A stretch of 62,080 nt of DNA, filler included, from Coriobacteriales bacterium (GCA_031263105.1; 10 parts of 10 records of this genome joined end to end with filler, not necessarily neighbours in it), one strand, 5' to 3'. Positions 28,839-39,099 are shown, counted from the whole stretch's first letter. Notes: generated by a model from the letters alone, not told the origin. Translations and numbers: made by a program.

Positions 28839-29988
28839 AAGCCGAGGACACCCTGCCGACAGCCGTCAGCCTGTCGACCGTAAGCCCGAGAGTCGACAGC
28901 CTGCCAACCACCAGCCTGATGGCCGTCATGTCAACGTCCGCTCAAGTGCTGTCCTGACGCTTACGGCCGTCATCTGGGGCATGGCCTTTGTCGCTCAGCG
29001 CGTTGGCATGGAGTTTATCGGCCCCTTTCTTTTTATGGGCATCCGCATGTTGTTTGGCGCGCTCACCCTCCTTGTCGTGTTTTTGGCCTCCGGTTTGCTC
29101 GCCTCGGCACGAGGGCGCGGGCGGACGCGGCGGATGGACGCGGATGAGGATGACGCGCAGGAGTCCGCGCTCGTACCGGACGGGTCGGTGTTGGCCGAGT
29201 CGGCCGGGACGACAGTACCGGCGCAAGCCCCGGAGCGGGCGTCAGGAGGTAGCAAGGGCCTGGCCTGGCCCACGCTGCTCAAGGCGGGTATCGTCTGTGG
29301 CACGGCCATCTTTCTTGCCGGGTGTTTTCAGCAGGCCGGGCTCGTGTTCACGACCGCCTCGAAAGCCGGTTTCCTCACGACCCTCTACATCGTGCTCGTT
29401 CCCATCCTCGGCATCGCTCTCAGACATAAGACCCATTGGAACACCTGGGTCAGTGTGCTCATCGCGGTCGTCGGCCTGTATTTCCTCTGCATAACAGACG
29501 CAGCGGGCGGCTTCTCCCTTCAGCTTGGGGACGCGCTCACCCTTATCGGCGCTCTCTTCTGGGCCTGCCATATCCTGGTCATTGACCATTTTGTCGAAGG
29601 CTTGAGCCGACGCGATGTCATGCGACTCTGTATCGCGCAGTTCGTTTTCGCGTCTGTGCTGAGCCTGGTGGCCTCCCCGTTCCTCGATGGCCTGTTCATG
29701 ACGGGAGCCTTCAGCATCGTGGGCCTGATAAACGCGCTGCCCATGATTCTTTATGTCGGCATCCTCTCGACCGGGGTCGCCTTCACGCTCCAGGCAATCG
29801 GGCAACAGGGTCTCAACCCCTCGGCCGCATCCATCATCATGAGCCTTGAGGCCGTATTCAGCGTGCTCGGTGGCATGCTGCTTTTGGGCGAGATGCTTTC
29901 CGACCGTGAGATATTCGGATGCGTCGCCATGTTCGCCGCCGTAACTCTTTCCCAACTCCCCCTCGGCCGCTCGAAACGCGATGCGTAG
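28828..29988 (+). CDS. DMT/EamA family transporter
   Basis: IWGMAFVAQ, TTASKAGFLTTLYIVLVP and SLEAVFS; about 10 TM segments. Confidence 0.9.
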   Translation: MPTESRGHPADSRQPVDRKPESRQPANHQPDGRHVNVRSSAVLTLTAVIWGMAFVAQRVGMEFIGPFLFMGIRMLFGALTLLVVFLASGLLASARGRGRTRRMDADEDDAQESALVPDGSVLAESAGTTVPAQAPERASGGSKGLAWPTLLKAGIVCGTAIFLAGCFQQAGLVFTTASKAGFLTTLYIVLVPILGIALRHKTHWNTWVSVLIAVVGLYFLCITDAAGGFSLQLGDALTLIGALFWACHILVIDHFVEGLSRRDVMRLCIAQFVFASVLSLVASPFLDGLFMTGAFSIVGLINALPMILYVGILSTGVAFTLQAIGQQGLNPSAASIIMSLEAVFSVLGGMLLLGEMLSDREIFGCVAMFAAVTLSQLPLGRSKRDA

Positions 29989-30055
29989 TGCCTTGCATCT
30001 GTGGTACCCTGTATGCAATCAATTACATCAGCACGCCATCGTTAAGGAGGACATC

Positions 30056-30873
30056 ATGCTGAGACTTAATGCAGAGCAGGTAAGGGTTCCGGTGGATGTA
30101 TTGCCGGAGTCCCGGGAGAGCTATATCGACAACTATCTGGCCGCGACCCGTGGTACCGGGCGGCTCATGCTGTATGCCTGTGACCAGAAGATCGAGCATC
30201 TGAATGGTGACTTCTATGGCGAGGGCATAGACCCTTCGGATAACAACCCCGAGCATCTCTTTCAGATTGGCTCCCAGGGCGTTGTCGGCGTTCTCGCGGG
30301 ACAGAAGGGGCTCATTGCCCGTTACGCGGCGGACTACCCCGAGGTCAACTATCTCGTGAAGATGAACTCCAAGACCAACCTTGTCGGCACCAAGCAGGAC
30401 GACCCCTATTCGCCGCTGCTCTATTCGCTTGAGTCCGTTCTCGCCATGCGCGAGGCCGGTGTGAACATCGTCGGCATCGGCTATACCATCTATCTTGGTT
30501 CCGAGTATGAGGCGACCATGATGTCGGAGGCGGGCGAACTCATCGCCGAGGCTCACGCGGCGGGCCTCATCGTTGTGCTGTGGATATATCCGCGCGGCAA
30601 GGCCGTCGCCAACGAGAAGGATGCCGACCTCATCGCCGGTGCCGCGGGCGTGGCGCTGTGCCTCGGTGCGGACTTCGTTAAGGTGAACCCGCCCAAGGCG
30701 ACGGACGAGGCGAGCTCCGCCGAGCTTCTCGCGCGCGCCGCGGAAGCCGCCGGACGTACGGGCCTCGTCTGTGCCGGCGGCTCGACGGTCGACGCCGAGC
30801 GCTTCCTCACGCAGCTCTACGAGCAGATACACGTGGGCGGTGCCTCCGGCAACGCGACGGGCCGCAACATCCA
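30056..30873 (+). CDS. Class I fructose-bisphosphate aldolase (DhnA/FbaB type), 3' end lost in gap
   Basis: ACDQKIEH, WIYPRG, LGADFVKVN, AGG and GRNI motifs; AAGGAGG RBS. Confidence 0.88.
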
Positions 30874-30973
30874 NNNNNNNNNNNNNNNNNNNNNNNNNNN
30901 NNNNNNNNNNNNNNNNNTTAATTAATTAANNNNNNNNNNNNNNNNNNNNNNNNNNNNNNNNNNNNNNNNNNNN

Positions 30974-33000
30974 ACAGCCTGCGCCTGCGCAGGCTGTGAC
31001 AGAACAGTACCGTCCCCCCTGTCACAAGGCGGACCGTCCCCACCGTCCCCCCTGTCACAAACCGTGCCGTCCCCACCGTCCCCGCCGTCACAAGGCGGAC
31101 CGTCCCCACCGTCACCGCCCCCGTCCCCCTGCTCCGCCAGGTAGCGGTCGCGGGCCAGCAGGGCGGCGCCGTAGGCGCCCATGGTCCCGGCGATGTCCGG
31201 GCGGATGGCGTCGCGGCCGAGCAGCTTCTCGAAGGCCCTGAGGACCGCGTCGTTCAAGAAGGTGCCGCCCTGCACGACGACGTGCTGCCCCACGTCGCGC
31301 GCGTCGCGTATCTTGATGACCTTGAACAGGGCGTTCTTGATGACCGAGTAGGAGAGGCCCGCCGAGATGTCGCCGACGGTCGCCCCCTCCTTCTGCGCCT
31401 GCTTGACGCGGGAGTTCATGAACACCGTGCAGCGGCTGCCGAGGTCGACCGGCCGTTCTGCCCCGGTGGCGGCTTGGGCGAAGGCGGCGACGTCCAAGCC
31501 GAGCGACACCGCGAAGCTCTCGATGAAGGAGCCGCAGCCCGAGGAGCAGGCCTCGTTGAGCATGATGTGGTCGATGACGCCGTCCTTCACGCGCAGGCAT
31601 TTCATGTCCTGCCCGCCGATGTCCAGGATGAACTCCACCTCGGGGCAGAGCTGTTGGGCGCCGCGCAGGTGGGCGATGGTCTCGATCTCGCCGGAGTCTG
31701 CCCGCAGGGCCTCGAGCAGCAGCCCCTCGCCGTAGCCGGTGACCGTCACATGCCCGAGCGTGACGAGCGCCCCGCCGCCCCCGCCGTGCGTCCCGCCGCC
31801 TCTCTCGCCGCCCCCGCCGGGCGAGCCGCCCCCGCCGTGCGCCCCGCCCTTCTCCCGCGTCTCGCCGTGGGGGAGCTCGGCGTACAGCTCGCCCAGCACG
31901 CGCTTGGCGGTGCCGAGGACGTCGCCCTTGTTGTTCGTGTAGTACTGCCTGAGCAGGCGCCCGTCGCTGTCGATGAGCGCAGCCTTGAAGGTGGTCGAGC
32001 CCGCGTCTATCCCGAGGAAGGCGACCCCGCGACAGTCCGCGAGCGATGCCTTGGGGATGGTCGCTGCGGCGTGGCGCGCGACGAAGGCCCCGTAGTCCGC
32101 AGGGCCCTCGAACAAGGGGTCGAGCCGCACGACCTCAGAGCCCTGCGTGTCGCCGAGCGCCGCCAGGCGCGCATCGATCTCGGGGAGCGTGAGCAGGGCG
32201 CTCTTGCGTCCGGCGATGGCAGCGCCGCAGGCGACGAACAGATGTGCGTCGTGGGGCTTGACGACCTGCTCGGGCGTGAGGCCGAGCGTCTCGACGAAGC
32301 GCTTCTTAAGCTCGGGCAGGTACTGGAGCGGACCGCCGAGGAAGGCGACGTTGCCCCGGATGGGCCGTCCGCAGGCGAGCCCGCTGATGGTCTGCGTGAC
32401 GACGCTCTGGAAGATGGACGCCGCGATGTCCTCGCGGCGTGCGCCCTCGTTCAGCAGCGGCTGGACGTCCGTCTTGGCGAAGACGCCGCAGCGCGACGCG
32501 ATGGGATAGATGATGGTCGCCTCGCGGGCGAGCGCGTCGAGCCCCGCCGCATCGGTGTCGAGCAGCACGGCCATCTGGTCGATGAAGGCGCCCGTGCCGC
32601 CCGCACAGGTGCCGTTCATGCGCTGCTCGATGCCCTGGTCGAAGTAGATTATCTTCGCGTCCTCGCCGCCGAGCTCGATGGCCACGTCGGTGGCGGGGAT
32701 GAGGGCCTCGACCGCCGTCTTGGACGCGATGACCTCCTGGACGAAGTCGAGCCCGAGCCACTGGGCGAGCAGAAGCCCGCCGCTTCCGGTGATGGCGACC
32801 GTGAGCGGTTCCGTGCCGAAGCGCCCTGCGGCCTCGGCCACGATCTCGGCGATCGTGGCGCGGATGTCGGTGTGGTGGCGCTGGTAGTTGGAGAACGCCA
32901 CGTTGTCCTCCGCATCGAGGACCGCCAGCTTGACCGTGGTGGAGCCGACGTCGATGCCGAGGTGGTGGGTGGTGCCTGCGCCCTGTCCCGCCCCGCTCAT
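30974..33000 (-). CDS. 2-hydroxyacyl-CoA dehydratase activase (tandem BadF/BcrAD ATPase domains), 3' end lost in gap
   Basis: [36 protein letters not shown] and SRCGVF/SRCTVF motifs. Confidence 0.92.
30996..31125. repeat. Family B repeat array in the activase reading frame
   Basis: GTGACAGAACAGTACCGTCCCCCCTGTCAC units, also intergenic at 42742-42860. Confidence 0.8.
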
Positions 33001-33656
33001 CTCCGCGCCTCCTTGAGGCGGATGGGGTCGCCGGGCCTGAGCATCATGACGGAGAGCATGATGCGGGCCATGTGCTCGGAGGCCTCCGGCATGCCGCGCT
33101 CGAGCCAGCGTTGGATGAGCCCGAGCAGCGCCGACGCGTAGTAGGCGACGTAGTACTCGATGAGCGGCTCGGGGTCCTTGGTGTATTTGCCGTAGAGCAC
33201 CGAGCGGACGAGGTCTGCGCAGATGCGGTCGCGCAGCCGCGCCTGGAAGGCCGCGTCGCCCCGGGGGCTGAGCAGGACGAGCAGCAGGGGGCCGTGTTCG
33301 CGCAGCAGGTCGAAGAGGTGCACGGTCACGGCGGGCGGTGCGCCCGTGCGGTTGAAGGCAAGCAGCTCCGTGAGGGTGACGGCCTGTATCCGGGGCTTGA
33401 GGGAGAGCAGGCTGGCGATTATCTCGTCCTCGAAGGAGGCGAGCAGGTCGGCCATGTCGCGGTAGTGCGCGTAGAAGGTCCCCCGGTTTATGTCGGCGCG
33501 CTCGGTGAGGTCGCCGACCGAGAAGCCGTCGAGCCCGCGCTCCCCGATGAGCCGGGCAAAGGCCTCGCGCAGCATGCGCTTGGTGCGTGCCGCCCGCCGG
33601 TCCTCGACGGGGCTCGCGGCCGGGGCGCATGCGCTCGTCAGCATCTCTTGGGGCAT
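32997..33656 (-). CDS. TetR/AcrR family regulator
   Basis: [28 protein letters not shown]; stop overlaps the activase start. Confidence 0.92.
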   Translation of the reverse strand: MPQEMLTSACAPAASPVEDRRAARTKRMLREAFARLIGERGLDGFSVGDLTERADINRGTFYAHYRDMADLLASFEDEIIASLLSLKPRIQAVTLTELLAFNRTGAPPAVTVHLFDLLREHGPLLLVLLSPRGDAAFQARLRDRICADLVRSVLYGKYTKDPEPLIEYYVAYYASALLGLIQRWLERGMPEASEHMARIMLSVMMLRPGDPIRLKEARR

Positions 33657-33691
33657 ACGGTACCTTCTCCTGTAAACGACAGCCTGAACGA

Positions 33692-33712
33692 TAACCAACA
33701 CATTGTCGGTTA
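33692..33712. promoter_or_regulatory. Putative TetR operator
   Basis: TAACCAACA-CAT-TGTCGGTTA (1 mismatch) just downstream of a minus-strand TATACT at about 33723-33728. Confidence 0.55.
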
Positions 33713-33755
33713 ACTTCCCCCCAGTATAGCGCCTCTGCCTCCTCCCTTCAAGGTA

Positions 33756-33815
33756 TGGTATACTTCCTCTTCCGTCATCCTGCCTTGGTCGGTAACCAAG
33801 GCGAAAAAAAGGAGC
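33756..33815 (+). promoter_or_regulatory. rpmE extended -10 promoter and leader hairpin (candidate L31 leader RNA)
   Basis: TGGTATACT at 33756-33764; hairpin GCCTTGGT-CGGTA-ACCAAGGC at 33782-33802 ahead of the AAGGAG RBS. Confidence 0.55.
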
Positions 33816-33822
33816 TGTGAGA

Positions 33823-34380
33823 ATGAGAAAAGGAATCCATCCCGACTACGTCGAGTGCACCGTGCACTGCTCGTGCGGCAACACCTTCACCACGCGCGCG
33901 ACCAAGCCCCAGCTTCGGGTCGAGCTCTGCAACGAGTGCCATCCGTTCTACACCGGGCAGCAGAAGTTCGTGGACACCGGTGGCCGCGTGCAGCGCTTTG
34001 CCGACAAGTTCGGGTCCGCCTCGTCCGCCGTCGCCGAGCGCGAGGCCGCCAGGCGCGAGGAGCGTCAGAAGGCCGCCGCCGCCGCCGAGGCCGCCGCAAG
34101 GGCTGCCCGTGAGGAGAGGGCCGCCGCGAAGGCCACCAAGGCCGCCCGCTACGCCGAAAGGGCCGCCAAGGCCGAGAAGGAGGCCATGGAGAAGGCCGCC
34201 GCCGCAGCCGAGGCCGCCGGTGCCGCCGCCGCCGAGGCAGCCGCCGCCGAGCTTGCCCTCGACCTTGTCCCCGCCGAGCCCGCCGATGCCGCCCCCGCCC
34301 CCGAGCCCCCCGCCCCCGCCCCCGCGGCCCCCCCCCCGCCCGAACCGCCCGCGCCCGAACGGCCGCCGGCACCCCCCACC
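33823..34380 (+). CDS. rpmE: 50S ribosomal protein L31 (zinc type) with a long Ala/Glu/Lys-rich extension; runs into gap
   Basis: [38 protein letters not shown]. Confidence 0.95.
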
Positions 34381-34482
34381 NNNNNNNNNNNNNNNNNNNN
34401 NNNNNNNNNNNNNNNNNNNNNNNNTTAATTAATTAANNNNNNNNNNNNNNNNNNNNNNNNNNNNNNNNNNNNNNNNNNNNTG

Positions 34483-34551
34483 GCGAATAACATCAAATCG
34501 GTACCGCTGTATGCCGCTTTCTGCCTGGCTGATGGTCAGGGCAGTGCATGA
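34483..34551 (+). CDS. Possible 3' tail of a DUF4143-type AAA ATPase gene (fragment after gap)
   Basis: Reads ANNIKSVPLYAAFCLADGQGSA*; the xPLYA ending resembles that family. Confidence 0.35.
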   Translation, partial: ANNIKSVPLYAAFCLADGQGSA

Positions 34552-34614
34552 AAGCCGAAAACCTGTCCAGCGAACCAATCCGGCCTGCTGCTGTCGCGCC
34601 GGGGCAACTCCAAC

Positions 34615-34777
34615 GTTACTGTTCACACCCCACTGTCATCCCGAGCCTGTCGAGGGATCCTCGACCGCGCCAGCGGTCGACCGCAGGTCGAAGGGCCCTG
34701 CGACCTGCCGTTGGACACTGCGTGTCCAAAGATTCCTCGGCGGAGCTCGGAATGACAGTGGGGGTGTGAACTGTAAC
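34615..34777. mobile_element. Complete 163-bp MITE with a family A core and 8-bp target duplication
   Basis: TIRs GTTACTGTTCAC.../...GTGAACTGTAAC; ACTCCAAC at 34607-34614 and 34778-34785. Confidence 0.9.
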
Positions 34778-34921
34778 ACTCCAACGGATACCGCATTAGT
34801 AGAGGTAGCGAAATACTTAACTGGACTACACGTAAACGCTAAAATGAACTCGTAGCTATAGCGAAAACAAGGTACAGTGAACGCGACGGGAATTATTGGA
34901 AGACACTTGCAAGGAGCAGAA

Positions 34922-35769
34922 TTGCTAACGCATGATGGGTATTTACAAAGGCTGGCAGATTCCAGGGTTGAGCACCTCATGAAGTCATTTGGCGCTGATC
35001 AGGTTCACATGCCGTGGCGGATGGCCCGGAGCGCTGGCACTCGACGACGATGAGGCATTGGAGTTGCCAAGCCACTACATCGAGCTTACTGCTCAAGAGG
35101 ATATGAGTCGTATCGATGGGAAAAAACGCGACCCACAAAAGATTGAAAGGCTGTTGCGCTCGTTGGCTCGAAACAACATGGCACAGCCGTCAAACTCCAC
35201 ACTTATCGCTGACGCGCAAGAAGGCGGTTCCAAACCGCCGTTTTCTGAGCCAACTCTGATCGCCTATCTGGGCATCCTCAAGCGACTATATGTCATCGAG
35301 GACATAGCAGCATGGTCTCCTAAATTGCGCTCCCGTGCCCGGTTGAGGGTCATGCCAAAAAAGCACTTTGTAGATCCATCTTTGGCCATAGCTGCTCTAG
35401 GGCCACGCCGCAGCGGCTCAAAGACGACCTTAATACTTTCGGGTTTATGTTTGAGAACCTGGCAGTGCGCGATGCGAAGATATATGCCGAGGCAATTGGG
35501 GCAAAGGTATTCCACTGCCGCGACGAAACCGGACTGGAGGCAGACATTGTCGTCGAGAAGAAGGATGGCACTTGGGGAGCTTTCGAGGTGAAGCTTGGCG
35601 AGAGCGATGCAGACACAGCTGCTGACTCGTTGATTGCCTTAAGGAAGAAAATAGAGAGGCTAGGCGGCAGGCCCCCGCATTTTTGGCCGCTCTGTGCGGC
35701 GTATGCAGTTTTTCTTATACCCGCGATGACGGGATAATGGTTGTGCCCATAACTGGACTCGGGGTCTGA
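34922..35769 (+). pseudogene. AAA/DUF4143 ATP-binding protein pseudogene
   Basis: TTG start with AAGGAG; YLQRLADSRVEHLMKSFGA jumps to RGGWP (Walker A region absent); further frameshifts before FENLAVRD..EADIVVE..FEVKL and TRDDGIMVVPI. Confidence 0.8.
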
Positions 35770-35827
35770 CCTTCAGCCTGACGCTCGGGCCGGCGCTCGG
35801 GGCTGATTCCCCCAAAGCCCCATTTCG

Positions 35828-35859
35828 TGTAATGTTCTTGCTGACGCTGGAGTTTACTC
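35828..35859 (+). promoter_or_regulatory. Putative ECF-dependent promoter (autoregulatory)
   Basis: TGTAATGTTCTTG-N11-GTTTACTC; same motif and spacing as at 37340. Confidence 0.65.
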
Positions 35860-35908
35860 AAGTGTCGTCCCACGTGTCATACGGGCCCCCTGCACAGGAA
35901 GGACACGC

Positions 35909-36472
35909 GTGATCCTGGTTTTCGCCTTTGCCAGCGCTGGTGAAGCGAGCACATTCGAATACCTGTACCGCAGGTACAAGAACCTCCTGTACCACAAGGC
36001 GTGGGAGATACTGCGCGAGCCGATGGCTGCGGAGGACGCGGTCAGTGAGGCGTTCATCCGCGTCTACCGGAACCTCGACAAGGTGGACGACCCGGACTCG
36101 CCGCGCTGCGTGGCGTTTCTGGGAACCATCGTGCGCAATGTGGCGCTGACGATGGCGAAGAAGCGGGCGGCTGCGCCGATGCCTGTCTCGATGCATGCGG
36201 AGGAGGACGGAAGCGACGGGGGCGGCGCCGAACCGGCAGATCCGTTCGACCTCGAGGCGGCTGTTATGGACAAGATCTCCGAGGAGCAGATCTATCTGCT
36301 CGTCGACAGGCTCGACGAGGAATCACGGACGATTTTCGTGCTCAAATACGCCCATGACCTGTCCCACCGCGAGATCGCGGCCCAACTCGGCATGACGGAG
36401 AACAATGTGACGGTACGGCTGCACCGCACGAGGAAGAAACTGGCGAGGATGATCGATGAAGCAGCTGTCTGA
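35909..36472 (+). CDS. ECF RNA polymerase sigma factor
   Basis: AEDAVSEAFIRVY (region 2); LSHREIAAQLGMTENNVTVRLHRTRKKL (region 4). Confidence 0.93.
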   Translation: MILVFAFASAGEASTFEYLYRRYKNLLYHKAWEILREPMAAEDAVSEAFIRVYRNLDKVDDPDSPRCVAFLGTIVRNVALTMAKKRAAAPMPVSMHAEEDGSDGGGAEPADPFDLEAAVMDKISEEQIYLLVDRLDEESRTIFVLKYAHDLSHREIAAQLGMTENNVTVRLHRTRKKLARMIDEAAV

Positions 36473-37166
36473 GAACGACTCGAGGCGCGCAGCGCAGGCC
36501 TGGGTCGAGCGGTACGGGGAGTCGCTGCTGGCGGAGGCGGAGGCGATGCGCGAGCAAGGGGTCGCCTACCGGCTGCCGCGCGCCGACCGGGCCGTGCAAA
36601 AGGTCGCTTCGCGGCGGGGCGGCGGCGCGGCTCGGCGCGGGAGCCCGGCGCGGCCCGGCAGGTCCGCGTGGCGCAGGCGGACGGCGGTGCTCGCGGGACT
36701 GGCCGCAGCGGCCTGCCTGGCCGTTGTGGTGTGGGTCGCGGGCATCCCCACGCTGACGGCGCCTCCTTCCACGAGCCCCGGCGACGCTGTGGTCGACGCT
36801 CCGACCCCGGCCCCGCCCTCGGATGCGGCGCAGATACCGATCTCCTTCGAGCTGCCTGCGAGTTACCGTGTGGCCTCCACCGACTACGACAACGGGACGA
36901 GCCTGTATGCGCTGGAGAGTGCGGCGCACGGGGACGTTGTGCTGGCCATGTATCGCGAGAACAGGAAGCAAGATGCCGCCGCAGGGAGCGGAACCTCTTT
37001 TGCCGCGATGGACGAGGTGCTCATCGACGGGGCGGCGGTGTCTGCGAAGGTCGACGAGGCCTATATGCTGTTGGCGTTCGAGCGCGAGGGTGTGCGCTAC
37101 ACGTTGTCGAGCCGTGACGACATGGGTGCGCTCGCGGCGTTCTACCGCTCCATCGTCAGGGCTTGA
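36456..37166 (+). CDS. Probable single-TM anti-sigma factor
   Basis: Overlaps the sigma gene's stop; basic stretch + AAAACLAVVV TM + extracytoplasmic domain. Confidence 0.75.
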   Translation: MKQLSENDSRRAAQAWVERYGESLLAEAEAMREQGVAYRLPRADRAVQKVASRRGGGAARRGSPARPGRSAWRRRTAVLAGLAAAACLAVVVWVAGIPTLTAPPSTSPGDAVVDAPTPAPPSDAAQIPISFELPASYRVASTDYDNGTSLYALESAAHGDVVLAMYRENRKQDAAAGSGTSFAAMDEVLIDGAAVSAKVDEAYMLLAFEREGVRYTLSSRDDMGALAAFYRSIVRA

Positions 37167-37198
37167 GGGTGTATGAGAGGTTGCCCCCGACCCCGACT

Positions 37199-37325
37199 CA
37201 CTGTCATTCCGAGCCTGCCGAGGAATCTTCGACCGCGCCAGCGGTCGACTGCGGTCAGAAGGTGCTTCGACCTACGGTCGGCTGCTCCGCAGCCGAGGAT
37301 CCCTCGGCAAGCTCGGGACGACAGT
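37199..37325. repeat. Family A palindromic element
   Basis: CACTGTCATTCCGAGC...GCTCGGGACGACAGT. Confidence 0.85.
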
Positions 37326-37339
37326 TTTTTCGAGAAGGC

Positions 37340-37370
37340 TGTAATGTTTTTGGTCTTTGGGTGGTTTCTC
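37340..37370 (+). promoter_or_regulatory. Putative ECF-dependent promoter of the vWA gene
   Basis: TGTAATGTTTTTG-N11-GTTTCTC. Confidence 0.65.
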
Positions 37371-37420
37371 GGCTTGTAAGGACGGAAACGGGAACCACGA
37401 TGAGGATGAAGGTAACGAAG

Positions 37421-39088
37421 ATGAAAAAGGGACTGGCAGTTGCGCTCATGGTTTTGGTGTCGTCGCTCCTGGCGCTCGGCGGCTGCAGCGCGGGTTCGTT
37501 GGAGGGCACAAAAGGGGCAGATTCGTTGCATTTCCAAGAGGCCCCTGCAGAAGGACTCTCCACTGACACATCCAACAGCGCTCTCAGCGAAGGCGGCTCC
37601 CCCTCTGTCAGCGGGGTTCTCGGCTATGACCCGCAGTACGACTACAGCAGCGGGGAGCGCTATGCGGAGATCGAGGAGACGGGCGAGCAGCTCGTTGCGG
37701 ACAGGCCGGAGGCGACCTTCTCGCTCAAGGTGGACACGGCCTCCTACTCCAACGTCAAGCGCTACATCGAGGACGGCATGCTGCCGCCGTCGGACGCGGT
37801 GCGCACCGAGGAGCTGATCAACTGGTTCGGCTTCGACGAGCCGCTGGAGTTCTCCGGGGCGAGCCCCTTCGCGTTCTATACCGAGGTCGGCCCCTCGCCG
37901 TTTAACGACGACAAGCGCCTGGCACTCGTCCGTGTGGGGACGCGCGAGGTGGACCGCAGCGATCTTTCGCCGAGCAACCTGGTCTTCCTCATCGACGTGT
38001 CCGGCTCGATGGACTCCTATGACAAGCTGCCTTTGCTGCAAGAGGCCTTCGCCCTGCTGGGCGAGACGCTCGGCGAGGAGGACCGGATCTCGATCGTGAC
38101 CTATGCCAGCGGCACGCGCGTGGCGCTTGCGGGTGCGCGTGGCTCGGACCGTCGGGAGATCGAGGACGCGATCTTCTCCCTCGCGGCGGGCGGCTCCACA
38201 GCGGGGGAGCGCGGCATCCAGGAGGCCTATGGGCTTGCGGAGGAGTTCTTCATCGAGGGCGGCAACAACCGCGTGATCCTGGCGACGGACGGCGACTTCA
38301 ACGTCGGCGTGTCGGACACCGACGAGCTCTCCCGGCTCATCTCTGAGAAGCGGCAGTCCGGGGTCTACCTCAGCGTGCTCGGCTTTGGGACGGGGAACAT
38401 CCGCGACGACCTCATGGAGACGCTGGCCAAGGACGGCAACGGGAACTACTCCTACATCGACGGACGCAAGACCGCAGAGAAGGTGCTGGTGGAGGAGCTC
38501 GGGTCGAACCTCTTCACGGTTGCCGACGACGTCAAGGCGCAGGTCGTGTTCGACCCCGAGGCGGTCCGCAGCTACCGGCTGATCGGCTACGAGAACCGGA
38601 TGCTCTCGACGGAGGACTTCGACGACGATCGCAAGGACGCCGGGGAGATCGGTGCCGGGACCGACGTGATCGCGCTCTTCGAGTTCGAGCCTGCGGGCAA
38701 GGGCGCGGCAGCGAGCGAGGGCGCGGCGGCAGACTCGGCGGCGGCAGGCGAGGGCGCGGCGGCAGATTCGGTAGCGGCGGATGCAGGCGTGGCGACCGGC
38801 TCGCACCTCTTCGACGTGCGCATACGCTACAAGGACCCGGGCGAGCGCGAGAGCAAGCTGGTGGAGTTCCCGGTGACCGCAGGACGCACAAATCGCGGCA
38901 GCTCCTCGGACTTCGGCTTCGTGTCCGCAGTGGCGCTGTTCGGCGACTACCTGCGCACCAACGGCGACGGCGGACGCGACGCGGTGCGCGAGATGACCGC
39001 ACTGGCAGAAGACAACCTCGGGGCCGATGCAGGCGGCTACCGCGAGGATTTCGTCACCCTGCTCTACAACCTGCGCTCGGCGGGGTGA
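37421..39088 (+). CDS. YfbK-like vWA-domain lipoprotein
   Basis: Lipobox LGGC; TFSLKVDTASYS, VRTEELIN, MIDAS DVSGSM, LATDGDFNVG and YRLIGYENR. Confidence 0.92.
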   Translation: MKKGLAVALMVLVSSLLALGGCSAGSLEGTKGADSLHFQEAPAEGLSTDTSNSALSEGGSPSVSGVLGYDPQYDYSSGERYAEIEETGEQLVADRPEATFSLKVDTASYSNVKRYIEDGMLPPSDAVRTEELINWFGFDEPLEFSGASPFAFYTEVGPSPFNDDKRLALVRVGTREVDRSDLSPSNLVFLIDVSGSMDSYDKLPLLQEAFALLGETLGEEDRISIVTYASGTRVALAGARGSDRREIEDAIFSLAAGGSTAGERGIQEAYGLAEEFFIEGGNNRVILATDGDFNVGVSDTDELSRLISEKRQSGVYLSVLGFGTGNIRDDLMETLAKDGNGNYSYIDGRKTAEKVLVEELGSNLFTVADDVKAQVVFDPEAVRSYRLIGYENRMLSTEDFDDDRKDAGEIGAGTDVIALFEFEPAGKGAAASEGAAADSAAAGEGAAADSVAADAGVATGSHLFDVRIRYKDPGERESKLVEFPVTAGRTNRGSSSDFGFVSAVALFGDYLRTNGDGGRDAVREMTALAEDNLGADAGGYREDFVTLLYNLRSAG

Positions 39089-39099
39089 CCGCATAAAGG

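Noticed and set aside
37163..37420. Long N-terminal extensions in the ORF track (vWA, 24401-25267, 42882-44351, 30922-33630, 51542-53239)
   Set aside because: Better starts with RBS, coupling or signal peptides lie downstream; the extensions read through repeats or neighbouring genes and were not counted as in-frame insertions.
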